Source: Styela clava (Eukaryota). From it: 64,000 bases of DNA. This document shows, in pieces, positions 1 to 13,700 of the stretch; position 1 is the stretch's first letter, and each line of letters opens with the position of its first letter. The notes beneath the pieces were generated by a model, which ran no database searches, was not told the DNA's origin, and saw only the letters and a program-made list of their open reading frames with translations. The position numbers were made by a program, and so were the translations under genes. The stretch spans positions 1,302,001-1,366,000 of the forward strand of contig NC_135253.1 in the NCBI RefSeq assembly GCF_964204865.1. The letters are read 5' to 3'.

Positions 1-44
1 CATTATCTCACTTTTTCTCTAGCAAGTTTCCCTCCTTTGTTTCT

Positions 45-290
45 TTTACTAATCCGAACTCTCCTACTCTACGTGTATTCTGGGAGGCTCTTGAAGCCGC
101 ACAACCGGTGAACAACATTGATATTGAAACCCGGGATCAGTCATGCGTGTTTTAATTTTAATCCCATACTCGGAACGAAATCCGGACCCGCAAAAATTGC
201 CTGATACGGTACAATATCATGGGATCGGACGCCGTCATAGATTTCACATTAATCACGAAAGAAATGATCGTGTTAATCTAGGGATTAGAA
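45..290. promoter_or_regulatory. Candidate promoter-proximal or enhancer cluster of Otx/Bicoid-type sites
   Basis: TAATCC at 50 and 159, TAATCT at 274, GGATTA at 282. Confidence 0.35.
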
Positions 291-3200
291 TCGCAACAAA
301 TCGAAAAATGACGATTCCGTTAATACACCATTTTCATTATTAAATCTTTAAATCTGCATAAAATGCAGTTGAGTGCATATTTTGGACATCCATTGCAATA
401 TAATCGGCCAGAACAACATGCCATTCTGCAGTTGGAGTCAGGGAATGTATAAGCTATATATTAGAGTACATTAGTATTTGGTTAACAGAACGTTTTCAGT
501 ATGAAATAGACACCTGAATATAGAATTACAATTTTGAAAAAAGCACATACGTATATATATATATATCTTTTTAAACTGTGCGTTACTTTTTTAAACTATA
601 AAGAGCATTTAGCGGTTGGTCGTATAAATTTGCCTTGTTGAACCCTATTACAGATGGGCTACTACATTTAAACTCATAAAAAGTTAGACAACTACTGCTT
701 ATATTAGTCCCCCCATACCCCCCCCCCTCCCCCACACACACACACAAATAAAAAAATAATACCAATAAATGATATTTTGGAAGTGCCTGGGCCTATCTCA
801 ACCTGCCAATCTACTTTAGCCTTTCCGTGTTTTACAAATGCTTCACCCTTGTCACCTCAGAAAGTTGAACATGTCAAATGGTCATCCTAATTTTCAAAGT
901 ATGAATGAGTATAATACTCAGGAAAATATCCTAAAAATTATTACAGGAATAAATACCAAATTATTTATAATATAACGCCATTTCTTGGCTTAACACCAGT
1001 ACTTAACATTAATTCACTTTGTCACCTGCAACATTTCATTTTGCGTTATAGCCACTGTTATGTGAATGTGTAAAATATTAAGGTTTTTGAGTAAATCAAA
1101 ATATCATTCTACAATATTATAGGTCGAGTTTTTACCCTTCATTTTTTGTTGATGACCTCTTTCGATTTGATTCGCTTCACAACAACATAGTTTTCTTCTC
1201 AGAATAGATGAAATAGATAACAAATATGAGATATTTTACTATTTTTGTAGCAGCGAGATCAGTATAAGAAGTTGGGTTCACGGGTGAGTCGACAGGGCTG
1301 TGAGATGTCGCATCTACAGTTAACTGAAATTGATTTTACTTCGAGTAGATAAAGTAAAAATTGATAAAAACTTGCAGTTGACCTTGTTTGTGTCGGATAT
1401 AATCAGCTTTTTGGGGATCTGCGAGATAGGATGCAACGCAACATGCCTTGTTGTATTAGTTAGTTTTCACTGAACATAATGTAAATAATATAAAAATTTT
1501 CTAATGTAGTTCAGATCACTAACAAAATTTATTCTGTAGGACATTCATCAGACTGCCGTGAACTAGAAAAAAACCATGAGCGCTATCGCGAACTTCTGTC
1601 GGGTGATATTACAAAATGTTGAATGAACAAGTACTTTATAAATATATTTCCAAAATATTATGTAGTTTTAATATCGTGACTCCTTAAGAAACAGAGACGA
1701 CAAAGAACAAATACATTTTCACTGAAAACTGTTTAGATGTTGAAAAACACAACCTTCAAATATTTGCTGCTTCAAAATACATTGCTTCATTCATTTCAAA
1801 TATTCTAGCAACTGTGATTCTAAAAAATATAAAAATAGAAGGGAATCAAAAAAACATAATGAAAAATAAAATATTTGTCGCAAGACTAAAGAACACATTT
1901 CGTTGCTATTAACCAATTACTTTTTTTAAATATTATATAACTCGATATATAATTTCAGTAGAAAGGCGTGCCATTATTACTGATAAAAATAATTGCTTTG
2001 TCTACCGCATGCGAACAAATAAACATATATAATCGAAATCAAAGAACAAGCTAGCACACTAAAATCATTCAAATATTTTTAAATATAAAAAGCTGAAAAT
2101 TGTACTTTTACCGTCCAAATTATGGTTTCTATGAAACTTTCACATGATACAAAAAAATTCATCATTATCATAATATAAGTTTCAAATTGCCTATAATTAA
2201 CTTCTACCAAAGGTCTACCAAAAAGAACAATGATGAATCATTACTTGATATCGCAAACGGGCTTGTTGGAACTTAACGTTTTAAAATCTCATTTAACTTG
2301 CTGAATTTTTTGTGTTATTTAGACTTAAAGCGAAATAGGGAAAACATATCGAATTTTTCTTGGTTTAAAGTCGATAAACAAACAAATATATGCGATACTT
2401 GGCGTCAAGCTTCCGATCCATTTTTGTCCATTTTGTATTGTTGAATTTTTTTGAAACTTCATCAAGCTAAACAGTTTTGTGCCCAATTCCACGCTGTTTT
2501 TGGTTTTATCAAATGACTAACCAGCACAATGTTTTGAATGCAGTGATAATTGAATAAACGGAAAAATATAACAACACGCAACTTCAAAATTGTTTCAACT
2601 TCAACAATAATCGAGTCTTGTACGGCGGATTCGATTAGAATTGTCAACTATTACTTGACATCACATTGAAACGCAAAAGTTTGAACCGTAGCAATTTTTT
2701 TTAATTGATTCTAAAAAACAGAAGGAAATTTCACGACTGAGACACTTTGGAAATCGCAACATCTACGTTTGAAAAATCCATACGCTGCTATTTTTATCAG
2801 TCTATCTGCAATTATCCGATCACGTATTATTTTAAATTTATTTTTCCTATTTCTCAATTTTTATGTTTGTAAAGCCAACATATAAATTAAACAATTGAAC
2901 CTAATTGCTATTATTTTCAGGCGACCATAATAATTATGTCACCACAAAAATATAGGCCTTACATTTCAACAATTATCGAGCCGTACTCATTGTAATACAA
3001 TCATCTTAAACAAGAAAATCTTTTAATTAATGTGACTAATTCAATGCACGAGCAAGTAAACTATGGCTGGAATTGGAGAAATTGACTTTTGCCTTAAAAT
3101 GAAGGCAATTTATTTATGTGACTTTCTTTATGAAAGACAACTCCTTCAAACATGGTGGTGGACACAAGTAGCTAGTTGACATATCTATACTTGATAGCCG

Positions 3201-4972
3201 TCTTTTTTCCATCAACAGATAATAAAAGATGAAAAAAACGAATTTTAAACGGATAAAATCTCTTAATTACGAGTGACCACAAAAACTCTGATGGAGCCCA
3301 CGAACGCGTTTCTTCTTTGGTGGCCGAATTAAGTAATGCATGTTTTACCGGAGGTTCAAGTAGTAATTTTCTTGATCAAAAGGAATAATGTGACAAACAT
3401 ACAAAGAGACACCGAATTAACACAATAAAAAATGAGTGAAATTCGTAATCAACAAGATTCTGTATGCAATTTTTCTCAGGATTAATATAAAGTATTTATC
3501 ATGTAATACGTAAAATTACCTAACATGCCACAGAAGTGTATCTTTGTATCTAGTCTCTGAATTCTTAATATGTATAATTCTGTTTTTAATATAGTTGTTA
3601 GGGTAAACCAATAAAGAGTAGGATTGATTGGGTGTGTATTCAAGATTTTGGCTAAAGAGGTAGTAATCTCACATATCAGTAGCAAACTGCTTTTTTATTT
3701 AACAAAAATGCTTATTATTAGTTATAAGATATTCTTCACCAATCTTGTATTTTATGTGGAATTGCACACTCGCGTTTATTTTACTTGTTCCGAGTTTGAC
3801 CAGAGGGAGATGAGAAATGTAGTGAACAGCTGGACAATTTTGTAGAATAATTGCCGCCAATGAAAATTTTCTCCATTCACTCGGCGATTCGAATATGAAA
3901 TATGCATGCTAAATATGGTCTTACGCAGTGCCGTATGAGGGATTAAAATTTCCCGTTTTTCAATTTGTTTGCGATGTACTACATGTGTTCATGAATATGG
4001 GAACCGACGGGGAATTATGTACGTTTGCGCACTGCTGGGCACAGCAGGGACGCATGTGAACCCCATATTTCTCTGCGGAACGATGGTGCAGAACCAACTG
4101 ACCGTATGGAATCGCACTGGCCTTGAAATATTAATTGCATTGTTAAGGGAACGACGCATTTATTGATACATAAGCGGATAAAAATGTGCGCAATATGTGA
4201 TGTCGTAGCATGGGATATGAATTTTAAATCGCACCAGGGAAGGGAAAAGAGTTCGTGGTTCGATGGTATTAATCGTTCATAGCTATTTATTAATATGTTC
4301 GGTAATCCTAAACGATTAGTTATTGAAACCTTAATCTTGACCATTAAAAATAATATAAAAGGTCACTAATCTGCGATATATTGATAGTGTGACCGTTGTA
4401 TCCCATGGTTATTTAAATGATTCCATATACGAATTTGACGTTCTTTATTTGCTCTATGCTGAGATGATGTTAAGAATTTTCCTGAGAATCTCAAATTATA
4501 TTGTCGCATGCCGTTACGAATATTTGCGTTACATTAAAATAAAATCAGTATTATCAAATAATTTTTCAAATACTCAAATCTATTTTTCAAAAATATATTA
4601 CACATTTTTATTGTTGATGGCGACAATGCGACAGGTTTTAATCAAGTTTCAATCGATATTATCATAATTATGTATTTCGCAATTACAAATGAATATGTTG
4701 GTCAATAATTTGTTCATAGATTCAAGAAACAACGAATATTGTTTTCATTAAACAGTAAGAATGCAATTCTAATATGGAACAATGCTTTTTTAAAAACCGT
4801 ATGACGTGCAAATTATTTTTGTACTATAAGAAACAGAAACGATGTATTCTTGCTTTTGTCCAGGGTATCACAACTTACCCGAAAAATACTTTAAAAATGA
4901 GTACTGAAATTCCAATAAAATTCCAAAAAAATTTAAATGAAATATGCATCAAGAACCGAAATAAAAATTTTA

Positions 4973-5012
4973 ATGAATCAAACCAATTATTGATGAATCA
5001 AACCAATTATTG
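4973..5012. repeat. Tandem duplication, 2 x 20 bp
   Basis: atgaatcaaaccaattattg repeated twice. Confidence 0.85.
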
Positions 5013-5507
5013 GTGCGATATATGCGTTGCCTATAGGTATTATACAAAGTTAAACTGTAGCAATTTCTATACTTCAGCCGAAATTATTGTTTGGCAATAT
5101 ATTAACTTTATTGATTCACTAAAATGCATTAGTTTTAATCTCTTACTATAGAAGCCTAAAACAGGATATATCGTTTGCATTTTGCAAAATCCGTCAAATC
5201 CGGATGAAATATATTAAGAAATAACTTAAACATCTTATGATGCGACTTCAAGCAGGATGTTATGATATTGGTTTGTATTCTGCATTATAATGCATCATGC
5301 TAATTGATATAATAAATATTGATATGCAAACCATCCTATCTATCTTTGTAACAAAAGTTTCAGAACCTGAAAGTGGCGAAATTGGCAGGTTTCCGGCAAT
5401 AATTGTCGAAAATAATTTCAGATAAAATTCTTTTCGCATAGATTATAGCAATGCATGAAATAAAAGATAAATCAAACGATGAAACGACTATATGAGATAC
5501 ATTTAAT

Positions 5508-5727
5508 GGTACTTTCGTAGTGTGTGTACCAGGTTAGGGTTAGGCCATAATTTTATTCCGATTTTCCTCATTTAGGTTCTATTACGAGTTCGGGGACTGA
5601 CTGTGTTAGCCCAGTCCAAGTTAAAATACCCCTTGCCTATAGGTTTCAGTCCCTTTACACAATTTGATGTAAAATAGGCGAACAAACTTAGTTAACTCCA
5701 TATTGGTACACACACTTCTGGAGCGCC
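5508..5727 (+). mobile_element. MITE, GG..CC family, long form (about 220 bp)
   Basis: Imperfect TIRs around AGTGTGTGTACCA, internal GGTTAGGGTTAGG, TSD catttaat/catttgat; homologous to the copies at 10554 and 58324. Confidence 0.85.
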
Positions 5728-8700
5728 CATTTGATAATGTATGTCTACACGAAGAACATGTAACTGATTTTTAACACGGTGTGATAAACGATTTCATGTC
5801 AGGATTAAAAATGAAACAAAGTTTCGTTAAAAAAATGATCAAATGCAAGTTTGTGAAACTATGTTGAAACTGAGTTGACTAAGTTGAGAGCAAAAACACA
5901 TTTGCGGGTTAGGTGAATGTCTTACTCTTTTAATAAACTTTCTGTCAATAATCATAGGAGGTATGATGCCGTTATTCTTTGTCAACTTACTTTTGACGGC
6001 GAATCGAAGTTCTCTGTAAGCTACTACACGAGTTCGAAATATATATAACAAGTTTATATGCTTCAAAATAAATACTATCTTGGAAGTTTAACAAAATTAA
6101 TGTACATTTATTTCTGATAAATAATATAAAACTTTTAAGCGAGTGTTATTCCAAACGATCAAAACTCAACAATTGTTTTACAGTTAGTTGCCAATTTCAA
6201 TAATTAGGAGACGAAAACAAAAATGCACTTAACATGTCTTACTTCAAGTTATTATAAAACTGCCTGTTAATTCCTGGCAGGTGTATGATGGATTTACTAA
6301 TAAGTACGAGAAAGGCGTTCAGTGCCAAGATATAGACCTAATCTCTCGTACGTATGTTTGCTCACAGCTGGCGTACATTATATCAGATTTAAATCAATTA
6401 TCATTATACTGTTGAATGAAAAGGGTAGCTAGAATTCGAACGAAAGCTATTTTGGATTGAACTTTCTAGATCGGCTGCTTGCCCTATAATTATCAAGTCT
6501 TAAAAACTCGATTTTCTATATATAATGCTTAACAGGGTTTACTCCTATGAGGGACGAAATTTGACCATATATACGAAATGGCAAAAAGCAAAAACTTGAA
6601 TCCCGGGTTTTCCACTTCACGCCCACTCCAGCTCTACAGATAATTCGTGCGAAACAATATAACAGGGACTCTCCACGACTCTCATGGCGCGTGAGGACAG
6701 GCTCTAGTGCCCGTTTGATTTCGAAATCATTAATAAAAATAGTGACATTGAAAAGAGCCTGTGAGAAATGAATGCCAGCGAGTATTTGATTGACAGAGAA
6801 GCAAAACGGTTATGAGCACACAGCGTAACTCTTGTGTCACTTTTGTAAACCGACAAAAAAGGCTCCGCAAAGATGAGACCACTTATAACAGAGCAGGCTG
6901 TAGAAAGGCGCGAATGAGAAGCACTCGAAGTGCGAACTTGTTGGCTTTAATTTTCGGAACAAAACCGTTTTCACACTCGATTTTTGTTGATCTGAATCGT
7001 AATGATGCTTCATCCCTGTAACCACGATCACGTACCGTCTCGCTCTATCGAAAAAACAAGCTCTCTTCTCTTTCAATGGTGTTTTATCGTTTACTTCGCA
7101 AGTTTTTCTTTTTTTCAGTATTATGTTAATAATGACACTCGCTTCGTAACTTAACTGAAGTTATTGCACACCACCTGCCAACCTCAAAATGTGGCAATTT
7201 GGGTCGATACATTGAAAACTGACACTAACCACGTTTCATTGTGACGTCCTTCATTCGATCACACTTTTTTCACAATATGGGGCATTGACATTGGCGAGGA
7301 TAATAACGTGAACCCAGACGTGATATTTCTATTAAAAAAGAGAATTTTCCAAAGATTGTTTATCCACAGAAAGTGGGTATTAGAAATAATAAAAGATGTG
7401 ATGAAATTCAGGCCAAACTCGTAATATTACAGCTGTGCGCAATGAGCAAATATAAAAAACCAACTGTCAGAATATCTAATAGAATTTAGAATGGAGTGAG
7501 AGGATTTTTGCTAATGCTTAGTGATCAATTGCTTGAAGAATTACAGAACTCAACATATTTCCATAATTCTACCCATTTTCTCCGATTCGCGAGTTATAAC
7601 ACTGGGACAAAATTAACATGAGTTCAGATGAGACCGTGGTGCTTCATGGGTTACGCTGAGACAAATATAACGTGATTGCTACTCTACAACGTCAATTGTA
7701 CTCATTTCTTTGTGGTTGATTTCGCCAAATAACCAGCAAGTCTCGTATTTATATTTTACGGTTCATCTTCATTCAACCTTGTATTGAATACATGAGTAAA
7801 GAAAAGTTGGCATTGTGCCACCCTCACTTTGATGCAGGTAAATAACGCCAAGAACGATATACCATTGTTATTTTTGGTGATTTATAAAAAAAAAACAGTA
7901 GACAACACAAAAGTGTAAATTTTGTGATTGCCATATTTCTGTGGTTATAATGAATTTAATATACAATGTATACAGGTTCAGTCAATAAATTGGAGTGGTT
8001 TACAAAGGCCCGGATTTTGAGTTTATTACCTGCAACAACAGTACAGTTTTTATATTTTAGACTGAAAATTTTTAATTTTTCAATGCAAAACACTACATTT
8101 TTTATGGCAAATCCAACGTCATTCGGTGATATCTACAAAATAATTTGACGCACGAGGATACACGAATTACGCATTGTGCTACGTTCCTTACTAGGAAGCT
8201 TTTATTCCATGTAATATAAACATCACGACTTTTCTAATCCGATTGAAACAATTTGTACAATATGAACCTGTCTTTCGAACTGTCAAAATCTACAAGGAGC
8301 AAAAAAATCGGAAAACAGTTCATATATTTGTTTAGTTTTGAGGACCAAATTTGATCTAACATTTTTAAATTATATACGTGTACTTTATGTGGCCTTAGAT
8401 GGCCAGAGTCAACATTATTTCAGCAAAATATAATTCCAATAAATAAGCAAACATCATTAAAAGTAAATTAGCTGCAATAACAATTTTAGATATTTTGCAA
8501 AATTTGTCTCCTGTCAAGGAACGTCTGTGTTTCTCACAATAATTATTTCAACAACAAACAGAAGCAGTGTATACAATGAACGTTGGAGACACGCCTTTAA
8601 TAAGCTGTTATAGTTTCGAAACCTGAATGAATTGGGGATTGTGATTTATGAAGAAAAATGGCGGACAATTGAAAACGTGACTCATCGAAATTGGATCACT

Positions 8701-10553
8701 GTTTGGTCAGAACTTGAATAAGCTAAATTGCAAGGAAATAATTTTTTGTTGAAATAGCAAATATTAGCAAACTTGAATTAGTAATTCTATAAGTAAGACA
8801 TATCTAGGCTAAATAATTGCCCCGGCGTTGCGAATACCAAATAGATGTAATTAAGTAATGGCGTCGCGGACTTTATGTGTAAAAAACATATCAAATATAG
8901 GGTTTCCATAAACTCCCATCCAAGAACATCAAAACTACTGTTTTTTATTCCTAATATTGTAAATTACTTTTAATTTCTTCTATTTCTGTTCTCAGAATCA
9001 GTTCAAATATTATAAATAAAAATAGAATAACAATGTGTAACAATATGAACAAGAAATCATTCCAGTCAATCTGACAGTTGATAGAATTATTTATAGTAAA
9101 TTGTTTTCACCTGTATTGCCTGGAATTTAAACGCATTGGTGATGGTGAGGCTATTCAAGGGTTTACGTGTGCAAGTAGGAAAATACAATGCCGACCATAT
9201 GGCGCCATTGCATTTCACAACAAAGAATTTTCAAGTGTTTATCTTGTAATTATCGAGTACTGATTAGAACACGTTTTGTTCTTGTTGCCGCAGAATTTAA
9301 AACATTATACAGTGATGAATTTTTTATCTGGAAAATTAATTCCAAATTTTTATAATTTCCAGATCATGACTTATGCTTAGCCAAACAACAATTTATACTA
9401 GTTTGGTGGCTTGGGAGTATCTGCTATAATTACGAAAAAATTTGTAAAAGTAACTAAAGTTGTGACAGCGACGGAATCATTCAATTACTTGTACCACGAT
9501 CTATTACAAATATTGTCACGAAAATGCAATATTGGCACTGGTGTTGTTCAATAACTTATTGTTGCCACAAGGAATATATATAAGTAGACGTACAGATGAT
9601 AAATAGAAATCGCTTTTTGCTGTATTCGTTTAAAAAAAATATCAACATAACAGAAATAAATTAATTTTAATTCGAATTTATTTTTATCGGTTTCTTACTT
9701 TACACGTTCTTACCCACCACATACGCAGAATAGAAGATATTGTTCAAAAACGATACAAATCAAAGAGTCGCTTATTTATGTCTAACAGTATGTTTTATCA
9801 TCTTTGAGAAATAAATATTGGCCAATAAAACAAACATGATAATTATATTGATATGTCCTTCAACATTCGAAAACACTACAGAGTACATAGACCTACCGCA
9901 CGATCAAGTTCTGATCTCCGCAATTTGGCTGTTGGCATAACTGTAACACCGGTCATTTTCTTTAATCCCTCTTAGTGTAATAACTGGTTGTAAAAAATTA
10001 TGGCTTTGATGATTTTGACGTGATTATACTGTGATAGAATTATACAATGCTATATAAATTTTATGCACACATGGGAAATAGTGGATTTTGCGCGCAGCCC
10101 AATAATATTTTCTGTATGTAGCTAAAAATCACATTTTGTTTTCTTGAATAGCAGCACAATATAGTCAAACATTGGCTCCGAGCTAACGAATTGCAGCAAT
10201 ATCTGGACAAATGAATTCATGTACAAGAAACGCGAATGTAACATTGCAATACGTGTATCAAACATCGTCAATTAACCAGAAGTATACTATTCTTAGAAAC
10301 AATAAAATTATAAAATTTAATATATGAATGAACAATTCCATCAAATAAACATTTCCAGTGAAAATACGTAGGGAGAGAAAACTTCTGTGAATACCATTCA
10401 TTGAATTGGAATGCAACTGCGGTTTATCTATACGGAATAGGATTTAATTATATAAACAACAAACAATTGACCGATTGTGACGAGGCGAGTACGCGCTGTG
10501 TATAGGAATAAGGACATGTTAAATGCTTGAATAAACATTTTTGTATAAAGGAT

Positions 10554-10764
10554 GGTATATTCAATATTGTATAATATGGAGGTAACTAATCTTGTTCGCC
10601 TACTTTACATCAAGTTGTGTAAAGGGACTGGAACCTATGGACAGGGGGTATATTCACTTGGCTAACACAACAGGCAGTCCGAACTCGCAATAGAACTATA
10701 ATAAGGAAAATTGGAATGAAATTAGGGTCCAACCCTAACCCGGTACACACATTACGGGAGTACC
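10554..10764 (-). mobile_element. MITE, same family, long form, one TIR degraded
   Basis: Reverse-complement similarity to 5508-5727; TSD taaaggat/taaatgat. Confidence 0.8.
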
Positions 10765-13700
10765 TAAATGATATATAATCGAGATAACAAATATTATTAC
10801 ATCTGCAATTTCAGTTTTAGTCAAAAAAAAAACATTCGGTGAAGTATTAATTAAAAAAAATCGTTGAATAATCGTTGAATCAAAATGTTCCAAATATGAC
10901 CGTTTGTGATTTCATATTAATTTTTTTTTCAAGTTTATAAATTAGGAAAACTTGGTATATATAAAATGTACATAGCAGTTGCCATTTTGTTTTTGTGTTG
11001 TAACGCTTTAACTCACATGTATCAACTTACAGCGGAATTTTGTGTGCAGAAGAGCTTATTTACGACCCACTGCATTTTATATATGGTCACAAACTTCTAT
11101 GTTTTTTGGTAAAAGCGTTAAATTTGTTTCGTCTTTTTTAATTGTTCTTATAAGTTTTCTAAAATAAAAAAACGCTTAACGCAAATTCTTGTTTTGCCCA
11201 ATTGGTTTCCTAAGCGAAACAAACACAAACAGAAATCAAAGTTTACCAATTTCCCAGGATGACGTGCACGTAATGACGCCATAAAGGATAGGTTCTATCT
11301 ACTCAAAATATAAAATAATGAAAAAACGCTCTGCTCCAAACTCAGAAAAATACTATTTATTCGTTTAATGTACATTTAGTTGTAAGTTCGTCGACAACAT
11401 ACCGACAAAGGTCCTACCCCACATACATGGGTTTGAAAAATCAAGTTTTACATCACAGTTTAAATACAATCAGTAAAAGCTGTTGTTGCAACTTGCTAAC
11501 ATATTGAGTTCAAGTCAGTACATGTTTTTGTTGCTTAAGAACTTGAAAAAGATATCAAATACAGTAACAAGGTATTGTCGAATCTCACTTGAGCTACACA
11601 TTCTTGGCCTATACACACCAAATAATTCATAAATTTTTAATACCCACGCTTACCACCTTTTTTATCCAAGATTTATGTCTTCTTTATTTTTTCCTTTTCT
11701 TGAATTGAATCATATCGCAATAACGCAATGACCACTTTGATTCAACGATAAAAAATATTCCAGCTAAGAAATAATATTACAACTCTAATATAGATATTAT
11801 TATGACCTGAAAACAATAATTATTGGAAGTTAACAGCAAATGCAAAAAATGTGCCATGCTATACGATTCATTTTTTTATAAGCCAGTTTTGAAATACTAT
11901 TTTTGCACCAAATTATTATTTACTCAGTGAGAAAAATTTGAATAGATGGTTATTCTATCGAAACTTATTCTCAAAGATTTCAGACATTCGCTTGTCGCAT
12001 TGGTTTTTGCTGTGATAGTTTGTGATTATATTTCTTCAAATATGAAACTTGTGTCGTGGCATTTAGCCACCAGGCTTTATTAATCCCGTGTTATTTTGAT
12101 ATTAGCCTGTATAAGATGCGGGCAATTATTGTATTAAAACGGACGGTTCCTTTCTCAATTATTGCTTTGTTACTCGCGGGCATATTACACTTTTTGTATA
12201 AAATTTGTGTGTATTGTTAGGTACCTTTAATAAGTTATATAAGCAATTTAACATAGTTCAAAAACTAAAACTGTACAAATACTTTATTTACGCACAACAA
12301 TGAGCTGCCTCAATATAATTTTCTCATGGTTGTTTAATCTACTATTAGAAAGAATCAATCTATTATCTATCTATTAGATAATTTATTGGGTGATTTATTT
12401 CATTGATTCTTCGCTATAGAAAAAAAATAATGGGAAGTATATGATAGAATTGAGCGGAATAATTTGAACTAAGTTTGTCAAACAGATTAGGTGAAAAGCA
12501 ATGATGGAATACCATCGACTATAAGCCATGGTTGGAGAACGTCTCTGAAATTGCGATTCCGTGAAAGTTTACTGTCATAAAATATCAAAACTGGGCCGTC
12601 CATCGCTTCAATTAGATGTTGCTTAATTATTTACATCACTGTCCTGAACAATCGCATTCGTACAAAAACTAAGACAAAATTTTGACACGTACCTGGTCCG
12701 TTATTCAATCTGGTTCGCGATTTGAACACGGGTGCTTCCTTCTTGAAATCAACAGAACATTTTTAAAATGGTTGTCACCCACCCTTTACGTTGATAGTCA
12801 AAATGGCGGAGTGACCCGGTTATGACAAATCTGCCCTGTCTGCGTATGCCGAATATGGGTAATAATAACATTATTTTTACCCCACACGGATAGCGCATCA
12901 AAGAGACTTCGGGGTACTTTTTCTATTGGGGTAAAACAACGAGATTGTGAACTTTTCAACCCTATTATATGACGGGCTAGACAAACCTCAAACTTGAACG
13001 GTTGCCAATGTCAGTTGGTTCGATTATCTAGTTACGCAGTAAGTTATCCTCGTTCACCGTTTCTCACTATCCTATACGCACAATCGATAGTAGATAGAAT
13101 ACAGTAATATAAAAATAGTACATATTTTAAACATATATCAGAAATGTATGATACGATGTCCATTCTACAAAAACAACAATCAGGAGTTTCAAGTATATAA
13201 TCCGTTCGACGCTCTATCGGCAAAATAAAGCATTCCGACCCCCAGTAAAGTAGCGATTGGGATTCGGAAAAGGGTAGGACATTTAACCACTAAGCAAGTC
13301 AAACCGTGAACCGATGCTTGATAGAACTTTTTATGCTCGTTCTTCCCTAGAATCTTGCTTGTTCCAATTTTGACAAGAGAAGGGGAAAGGAGGGAGTTAA
13401 AAAAGTTTGACGGCGTCGAGGTTCTGTGGGGCCCGTTGGCTTAAGTAAACGACAGTGAGAGCAGATCATAGCAATAGAGCGACCACATACATACTTACCG
13501 GGTTCTAGGTATTTTGAACGAAACACGATTCCGTGAGATCAAGCGCCAGAGAAACATTAACGCAGCCGTCTTGAAAACTAAATCCGATAATAGTTATTTG
13601 GTTTGAAAAGTTTTTAATTTAAGCGGTAGCGTAAATGGGAAAGCAAACAAGCCGTCTGGCTATTGTATACAATTAAGTGAAGCTAAAATGACGTTGAAAA

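Noticed and set aside
709-746. Poly-C plus (CA)n tract, and the poly-G run at about 62836-62850
   Set aside because: Ordinary simple repeats; no evidence of function
5531-5545. Telomere-like GGTTAGGGTTAGG
   Set aside because: Only about two units, and it is an internal part of the MITE family rather than an interstitial telomere
6812-7021. ORF fragment RQKRLRKDETTYNRA, faintly like the homeodomain N-terminal arm (RKQRRERTTFTRA)
   Set aside because: No helix 1-3 residues or WFxNRR motif follow; chance similarity
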